NCBI GenBank assembly: GCA_043739185.1
Contig: JAYUEN010000332.1
Coordinates: forward strand, 32,001 to 96,000
Source: Bdellovibrionales bacterium
GTDB taxonomy: Bacteria; Bdellovibrionota; Bdellovibrionia; Bdellovibrionales; JAMPXM01
Length of the DNA stretch: 64,000 nucleotides
Direction of reading: 5' to 3'
This document shows, in pieces, positions 57,940-64,000 of the stretch. The notes below the pieces were generated by a model. It ran no database searches. It had not been told where the DNA came from and worked only from the letters and a program-made list of their open reading frames with translations. Each line of letters starts with the position of its first letter. Position 1 is the stretch's first letter. A program made the position numbers and the translations under genes.

Positions 57940-60060
57940 TTACAGTATTGTTTTCGTTCGTGGTTCTCGAATGACGACTTTGAAATCATCGACGTCTTCA
58001 TCTTCCGATTCAAAGCCTTGCATTTGATTGAATTCTGGCAGTATCTCATCAAGATTAGTATTTTCATTTTTAATGTTTTTTTGAATCATTTTGTCAGAGA
58101 GTTTCTTAAGATGTTCGTCAAATTCTTGATCTAAATCCTCTTCTTCTAATTCAAAGTAATCTGGAGCCACAAGCGCGTCCTCAACAAAATCAAGCTTGAG
58201 CTTAGGATTTTTTAGAGACTCATGAATTGGATTATCAAATGTTAACGGCGCTTCGTGAGCTGGTCGCGCAAACTGTATGATCATATCTGTCCCGACACCG
58301 GGCGAGGACTGCACTCGGAGATCCCCCCTCATGCCCGAAATCACTCCATGAGTATAGGCTAAGCCCAATCCATTGCCATCTAAATTTGAAAACTCTCTAT
58401 AAAATGGCAAAAAGATTTTGTCTTGTACTTCTTTCGGCATTCCGATCCCATTGTCTGATATCACCAATTCGCCCTGACCATTAACAACTTGAATTTTAAA
58501 ACTTAATTTCTTCTCAGCGCGGCCCTTCAAAGCTTCAATTGAATTGCTGATGATTTTTTCAATCGCCATTTGAAATTTCTCAATTGAGGCTTTGATTTCA
58601 AATCCGCGGTCGAAATCCATGCTCACTAAAATGCCTTCGGCTTCAATTTGATCCGACCACTTCGCCAAAGCATGTTCGCAGACCTCTGCAACGCTGACCG
58701 AAGCCAAATTTAGATGCTGAACAGAATTGACTTGATCCAACTCTCTTAAAAGCTCGCGTGATTTGCGTGCCTCATCTTGCAAAATTTTTGCATGCGCATT
58801 GATTTCAGTATCAGCGGATTTAGATAATATCAAACTTGATTCAGCGATCATACTTGAAATTCGGTCAGAAAAAATTCGATTGAGTCCGCGGCTCATCATT
58901 TTCAAGAGCTCGATCGTCTTTTCATTGCTATCGGCCCGACTTGTTGGCGACGACTGAATGACGTCCGGTGTGATTGCTTGGTCGACCCTTGGTCTTACAA
59001 ATGGATTCAGAGAGGCCAACCCTCTCTTCATCAATTCTGTTCGGAGATTTTTGCTGTCGACTCTCTTTTGCTCAAAATTTTCAAATTCGCTTTCGGCTGA
59101 GTCTTCGTGAGAAATAGTCAATGCCGGCACCGGCTCCTGGGGTTTTGCAGCAGAGGCTTTAGGCAGGAGCTTTTGTGCAAAGACAAATGCTAAAAAGGCG
59201 AAAAATGCCAGCATACCGGCGATCGTGGGCCAGCTCGTTTGCCAAAGGGACGCGGCAAGCGGAGCATTCAGCTTCGGTGAGTTCACAACCGCATACAAAT
59301 TACTATGCTCTATTTTCTCATAGTATCCAAAAATTGGATCCTTATTTGAGTCCACAAAATTGCCAGACGACATGGCCCTTTTAGACGCCTTGATTTCTTG
59401 ATAAATAGGCTCGGCCGCAAAGGAACTGCCATCATAATTTTTACTGGTATGTGCCGCTACAAAAGCCTTGTCGTTTAAGAGAAACATTTTGCCCGTACTG
59501 CCACGAAAATCATCGGCAACTCCACTGAGAGGATTGCTTGGACTCATCCCAACAATATAGGCCTTTCTGTTCTGTTTTTTGTTGTGAGCTTCAATTTCAA
59601 TAATCGAAAAGTAAACGGGTTTATTATTTCCCTCTTGATACTTGCTCCAGACAAATCCGGATTCTTCAATTTTTTGAAATGCCAAGGTTTTGAGTGCAGC
59701 ACTTCGATATTCATTGGTCCAGACTTCATTATTGCGAACACTTTCGATCCACTTGGGCGCAAATTCAGTACCTGAAAGTTGCACCAGTGCAATTGAGTTA
59801 AAGAGACCAAATTGAGGAGTTGCTTCATGGGTTTTGCGGGCAAGAGCAAAATTGAGTAAGTCATTTCTAATTTCTTCAATTTTTAGACTTACGAGGTGCT
59901 TGAAAGGATTCATTTTATGAATAGCTTCGCTTCGAACCTGAGATTGTTTTGATTGTTCCAATCCTAAATTCAATTTCATTACCACGGCGACTGATGAAGC
60001 GGCTGAAGCAAGCAACACTAAAAAAATGAAGTGCAGTTTATATGAGAAGAACTTTTTCAC
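57940..60060 (-). CDS. Membrane sensor with Cache-like region and HATPase_c; phosphoacceptor His not found
   Basis: Two TMs; N/G1/F/G2 boxes (ISNSIEA, DNGIGM, IFLPFY, GNGLGL); H-box position reads SRGLNRIFSDRI. Confidence 0.75.
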   Translation of the reverse strand: MKKFFSYKLHFIFLVLLASAASSVAVVMKLNLGLEQSKQSQVRSEAIHKMNPFKHLVSLKIEEIRNDLLNFALARKTHEATPQFGLFNSIALVQLSGTEFAPKWIESVRNNEVWTNEYRSAALKTLAFQKIEESGFVWSKYQEGNNKPVYFSIIEIEAHNKKQNRKAYIVGMSPSNPLSGVADDFRGSTGKMFLLNDKAFVAAHTSKNYDGSSFAAEPIYQEIKASKRAMSSGNFVDSNKDPIFGYYEKIEHSNLYAVVNSPKLNAPLAASLWQTSWPTIAGMLAFFAFLAFVFAQKLLPKASAAKPQEPVPALTISHEDSAESEFENFEQKRVDSKNLRTELMKRGLASLNPFVRPRVDQAITPDVIQSSPTSRADSNEKTIELLKMMSRGLNRIFSDRISSMIAESSLILSKSADTEINAHAKILQDEARKSRELLRELDQVNSVQHLNLASVSVAEVCEHALAKWSDQIEAEGILVSMDFDRGFEIKASIEKFQMAIEKIISNSIEALKGRAEKKLSFKIQVVNGQGELVISDNGIGMPKEVQDKIFLPFYREFSNLDGNGLGLAYTHGVISGMRGDLRVQSSPGVGTDMIIQFARPAHEAPLTFDNPIHESLKNPKLKLDFVEDALVAPDYFELEEEDLDQEFDEHLKKLSDKMIQKNIKNENTNLDEILPEFNQMQGFESEDEDVDDFKVVIREPRTKTIL

Positions 60061-60391
60061 GCAATAACCTCATCCGTAAGGTGTTAGAAAGCATACTAAA
60101 ATTTAAAGACAAAAGGCCGTAGAAATTAAGCGGTGGCCTCTCCCATTGTATGGCTCTCTAGCCTCGACTTGCAAGTCTCAGTAGTAGACCAAAGGACCTT
60201 CCCGGCCTAGGTCGAGGCTTGTCCGCTTCAAATAAGACTCCGGTCAATTGTTTTTGGTTAATAGACCACTTGAAATGAGTTAAGGGGCATGGTCCTTAGT
60301 CTAAGAACGCCCTACGCTTGACCGAATACACTGATTTTGGCCTTGATTCATTTCCCGGTGACAAACCAAATGCGCCGATTTATAAATTCCC

Positions 60392-61993
60392 ATGCTTAAA
60401 AAGTGCGATTTTTTAGTAGTAGGATCTGGCCTTGCCGGTCTCGCTTATGCTTTGAAACTTGCTGATCATGGCAGTGTCGTTATCATTTCAAAGACAGAAG
60501 CTCCGCTTTCAAACACTGCAATGGCCCAAGGCGGAATTGCAGCTGTCATGTCTCCTGATGATAGTTTTGAAAATCACATCGAAGACACGATCAATGCCGG
60601 AGCAGGTCTTTGTCGAAAGGACATCGTCGAACGGGTTGTTGAAGCCGCACCTGATCGCATCGAAGATTTAATTAAGTGGGGCGTAAAATTTGATATTGAA
60701 GACGGACAAAACAATAAAATAAATTTAGCGCGCGAAGGAGGCCATTCCCATCGGCGCATCTTACACGTTCAAGATCATACGGGAGCAGATATTCATGCCG
60801 AACTATTAAAGAAGGCAATTGCACATAAAAATATTGAAATTTTTGAAGGTCATTTTGCTGTAGATCTTATCCTCAACAGAGATATCAACCCCACATCAGT
60901 TGAATCGCCTCGTTGTCTAGGCGTATATGTTTTCAACAAAGCAAAAAGGCAAGTGATCGAATTTTACTCTCGCTTTACCATGCTTGCTACCGGCGGCGCC
61001 GGAAAGACCTATCTCTATACCACCAATTGGAGTGGTGCCACCGGTGACGGAATTGCAATGGCCTACCGGGCCGGGGCGCGAGTTGCCAATTTAGAATTTA
61101 TGCAGTTTCATCCCACTTGCCTTTATCATCCCGGAGAAAGAAATTTTTTAATCACCGAAGCCCTGCGCGGCGAAGGGGCTGAGCTGATCAATGACCAAGG
61201 CGAGGCTTTTGCCAAAAAATTTCATCCACAAGGTAGCCTGGCCCCTCGAGATATTGTGGCGCGGTCAATCGATGCCGAAATGAAAAGATCCGGCGCAGAG
61301 TGCGTTTATTTAGACATTACCCATCGAACGCCCGAATTCATTCGCGAGCGCTTTCCTCAAATTTATAAACGTTGTCTTGAACTAGGCATCGATATTACCA
61401 AACAACCTATTCCCGTTGTACCGGCGGCCCATTACCTTTGCGGCGGAATCTTAACCGATTGGAATGCTTGTACGGATATTAAGGGACTCTTGGCCAGTGG
61501 CGAGAACGCCTGCACAGGTCTTCACGGTGCCAATCGACTGGCAAGCAATTCACTCTTAGAATGCTTGGTCTTTTCTCACAATGCCGCCGAATATTGTATT
61601 CAAAATAAAAATTTATTTTCGATCGCAGAGGTGAGTGAACGGGGTTATAAGAATTTTGCTTATCAAAATGAAGATGAAATGATTGTTATAACTCATATGT
61701 GGGATGAAATCAGACGCCTCATGTGGAATTACGTCGGAATTGTGCGCAGCAATCGCCGGCTATTGAGAGCCAAAACTCGACTCGACAATATTTTAAGTGA
61801 AGTACAAGAATTTTACGGCAAGGCCCGCTTGCATCCGGATATTATTGAACTACGAAATATTGCATTGGTTGCACAGCTCAGTGTTCAGTGTGCTTTGAAA
61901 CGCCAAGAGTCTCGTGGAATTCATTACAACTTAGACTTTCCCAAAACCAACGATCTCGCGCAAGAAACTATTTTGAGCCTGGGCTCAATTTAG
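60392..61993 (+). CDS. nadB: L-aspartate oxidase
   Basis: GSGLAGL, AQGGIAA, EGGHSHRRILH, QFHPT, GLHGANRLASNSLLE. Confidence 0.95.
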   Translation: MLKKCDFLVVGSGLAGLAYALKLADHGSVVIISKTEAPLSNTAMAQGGIAAVMSPDDSFENHIEDTINAGAGLCRKDIVERVVEAAPDRIEDLIKWGVKFDIEDGQNNKINLAREGGHSHRRILHVQDHTGADIHAELLKKAIAHKNIEIFEGHFAVDLILNRDINPTSVESPRCLGVYVFNKAKRQVIEFYSRFTMLATGGAGKTYLYTTNWSGATGDGIAMAYRAGARVANLEFMQFHPTCLYHPGERNFLITEALRGEGAELINDQGEAFAKKFHPQGSLAPRDIVARSIDAEMKRSGAECVYLDITHRTPEFIRERFPQIYKRCLELGIDITKQPIPVVPAAHYLCGGILTDWNACTDIKGLLASGENACTGLHGANRLASNSLLECLVFSHNAAEYCIQNKNLFSIAEVSERGYKNFAYQNEDEMIVITHMWDEIRRLMWNYVGIVRSNRRLLRAKTRLDNILSEVQEFYGKARLHPDIIELRNIALVAQLSVQCALKRQESRGIHYNLDFPKTNDLAQETILSLGSI

Positions 61994-61994
61994 T

Positions 61995-62591
61995 CTAACC
62001 TCCGCCTCCTGTATTAGACGATCTGAAGCTAATTCCGAAACCAAAGTACAAAGAGTCGCCTGGATTCACTGAATACTTCATATCGAATCGTACCCAGAGG
62101 GTTTCAAGCACATGATACATCGCCCCTACCCCGGCGTGAAAACCAACAACGGTATTGCGATCTGTAGTATTGACCTCTGAATAGTAATTAATTTCGGGGC
62201 CTGCAAAAATCATAGTCGTTAAAAAATTATCAATAGGAATATCGAATCTTCCGCGAATAGGTAGAGTGGTAAAATCAATACCTTTTGCATGACTGTCCAT
62301 CAGACCGAATTCGAGGCCTGCGCCTGCCATTGGTATTTTATAGAAAAAACCCCAGGTTGGCAGAATTTCGGCGACACCCTGAATTTGATCAGGCAACATA
62401 GGCCCGGCTTGGACATTGAATTCAGATCCAAAATTTGAACTTGAGCTTTGAGCTCGGGCCAAATCAAAGGTCCAAAAATAAAACAAAATCCCAAGAATAA
62501 AAAACAAAACCTTGATAGTACATCGTCGCTGCATTTCAATAGTGTAGTCGAAATGATGTTCATCGACAACCAGACTTGACCATTGAAGCAT
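61995..62591 (-). CDS. Small outer-membrane beta-barrel hypothetical protein (start uncertain)
   Basis: Signal-like segment, amphipathic strands, YFGFGISFR near the C-terminus. Confidence 0.55.
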   Translation of the reverse strand: MLQWSSLVVDEHHFDYTIEMQRRCTIKVLFFILGILFYFWTFDLARAQSSSSNFGSEFNVQAGPMLPDQIQGVAEILPTWGFFYKIPMAGAGLEFGLMDSHAKGIDFTTLPIRGRFDIPIDNFLTTMIFAGPEINYYSEVNTTDRNTVVGFHAGVGAMYHVLETLWVRFDMKYSVNPGDSLYFGFGISFRSSNTGGGG

Positions 62592-62610
62592 TTCAGAAAG
62601 AAGATATTAA

Positions 62611-63468
62611 ATGCAAAAAAGAAGCGAAGGGCATTTTAGAGGCACAAAATCAGCGAATCTTTTTTACCAAAATTGGCAAGTCGACGATGCCGTCGCGACT
62701 TTGGTCATGACCCACGGAATGGGTGAGCATTCTGAATCTTATCAATTTCTAGCGCGCGGATTAGAAAAGTATAAACTTAATTTAAGCGTCTGGGATTTGC
62801 GTGGTCACGGAAAATCAGATGGCAAGCGCGGCTATGTCGATCAATTTATGGATTTCGTGAACGATCTAGATTGTTTTATGAAGCATTTGCAATCCCAAAA
62901 CAAATTAGATCTTCCTTATTTTTTATCCGGACATTCACTCGGTGGCCTCATCACGCTCAGATATATTCTTGAAAACGGGATCGGCCAAGCCAAGGGTATT
63001 TGCTTAAGCTCTCCACAATTGGGAATTGCCTTGGCCGTTCCCCCCATCAAAGATTTTTTTGCTACAAATGTTTTAAATCGCTTTTTGCCAAGCCTCACTC
63101 TTCACAATGAAATTGATTTCAATGTTCTTACTCACGATAAGGACATTGTGAAATCAATGCGGACTGATCCTTTTCGACACGATAAAATTTCAAGTGGCGT
63201 TTATGTGGGAATGCTTGAGAATATGAAAGTCGTTAATGACCGCTGCGGAAAAGTGATCAGCGGCCCTATCCTTATGCAGTTGGCTGGTGACGATCATTTT
63301 GTGAGTCGTCCGGCTTGCGAAGCCTTTTTTAAAACAATCGCCTCTGATAAAAAAGAATTGATCATCTATGATGGTGCCTATCATGAGATTTTCAATGAAA
63401 CCACTCGTGAGAAAACTTATAAAGATTTAAATCAATTTATTGTGAAAACACTTGGGAGAACTAAGTAA
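62611..63468 (+). CDS. Lysophospholipase/monoglyceride lipase family alpha/beta hydrolase
   Basis: HGMGEHS, DLRGHGKS, GHSLGG, YHEIFNE. Confidence 0.9.
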   Translation: MQKRSEGHFRGTKSANLFYQNWQVDDAVATLVMTHGMGEHSESYQFLARGLEKYKLNLSVWDLRGHGKSDGKRGYVDQFMDFVNDLDCFMKHLQSQNKLDLPYFLSGHSLGGLITLRYILENGIGQAKGICLSSPQLGIALAVPPIKDFFATNVLNRFLPSLTLHNEIDFNVLTHDKDIVKSMRTDPFRHDKISSGVYVGMLENMKVVNDRCGKVISGPILMQLAGDDHFVSRPACEAFFKTIASDKKELIIYDGAYHEIFNETTREKTYKDLNQFIVKTLGRTK

Positions 63469-63470
63469 AG

Positions 63471-64000
63471 ATGCGTAGGTTGCAATTCATACTCAGCATC
63501 TGGTTTTGCATTTTGACTATTGCCTGCACGAGTGCCAATCTCGTATCGCATAAGGACGATTCCCTTGATCAAGCCAATCGTGAATCCGCTCAAGAATATA
63601 TAAAAATTCTCGAAAAATACAGTGCTGGAGATGTCGACTACAATGGCTTTTACAATAGCTTTGGTTTTCACGCAGCTCTGTTAAATTCAGAAGTACTTGA
63701 AGCAAATGTTCGTCGCCAAGCTCATTTTTATTTATGGGATCAAAGCCGATCAGAGGACGAGCGCAATAAATTATTTAAGGCCGCGGCAGAAGCCACGAGC
63801 GTCTTTTTGAGTTTTTATACGCCAGAAAAAAAGGATGACAATTTGAGCTCAGATAAAAGCATTTGGCGAGTTTTGCTAGATGTGAATGGCAAAAGATATG
63901 TCGGAAAAATTAAAAAGCTCAAATCCAATCTCTCTGAACTGATCAGCCTATATCCCTTTCACACTCGTTGGAATACAGCATATCTTGTCAGTTTTCCGGT
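63471..64000 (+). CDS. Hypothetical lipoprotein, truncated by window end
   Basis: Own translation from ATG 63471: MRRLQFILSIWFCILTIACTS (lipobox TIAC); appears open to the edge; absent from the ORF track. Confidence 0.65.
   Translation, partial: MRRLQFILSIWFCILTIACTSANLVSHKDDSLDQANRESAQEYIKILEKYSAGDVDYNGFYNSFGFHAALLNSEVLEANVRRQAHFYLWDQSRSEDERNKLFKAAAEATSVFLSFYTPEKKDDNLSSDKSIWRVLLDVNGKRYVGKIKKLKSNLSELISLYPFHTRWNTAYLVSFP

Noticed and set aside
60373..60380. GCCGATTT as a sigma28 -10 box for nadB
   Set aside because: No TAAA/TAAG-like -35 at 15-bp spacing
44..63705. Many short alternative-frame and antisense ORFs in the track (e.g. 44-535, 9229-9735, 16502-16987, 26323-26889)
   Set aside because: They lie within well-supported genes and show no recognisable motifs; treated as shadow ORFs
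1..64000. tRNA, rRNA, prophage or anti-phage defence genes
   Set aside because: None recognised in the intergenic regions or ORF translations; a tRNAscan/Infernal/DefenseFinder run would be needed to exclude them formally

Overview
Gene-dense chromosomal window from a predatory Bdellovibrionota-like bacterium (inferred from gene content). In order it holds: the start of a nuo operon (nuoB), a subtilase, a sigma54-preceded alpha/beta hydrolase, and a Glt/Agl gliding-like outer-envelope operon (vWA lipoprotein, GltD/E/F/C-like, beta-barrel) headed by a GYF-GYF-PilZ gene behind a sigma28 promoter. Then come the flagellar export/regulatory operon fliL-fliA, suhB, a SPOR protein, pcrA, a solitary HUH (Y1/RAYT-like) transposase, kamA-like, an orphan Cys-rich exported protein, and an orphan GroES with a histone-like tail. 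The rest is PBP1, phnCDE, ttcA, rsmI, cysE, yhaM, purH, mlaEFD, alr, a degenerate kinase/receiver/GGDEF pair, nadB and a lysophospholipase. No rRNA, tRNA or CRISPR array was seen. The most notable items are: two different TA-bounded palindromic mini-elements (35474-35657 and 40753-40867) near a RAYT-like transposase; a signalling pair in which the kinase His, receiver Asp and GGDEF site are all degenerate; and a motor-less Glt-like module apparently under FliA/c-di-GMP control. All family calls come from reading motifs by eye; no searches were run.
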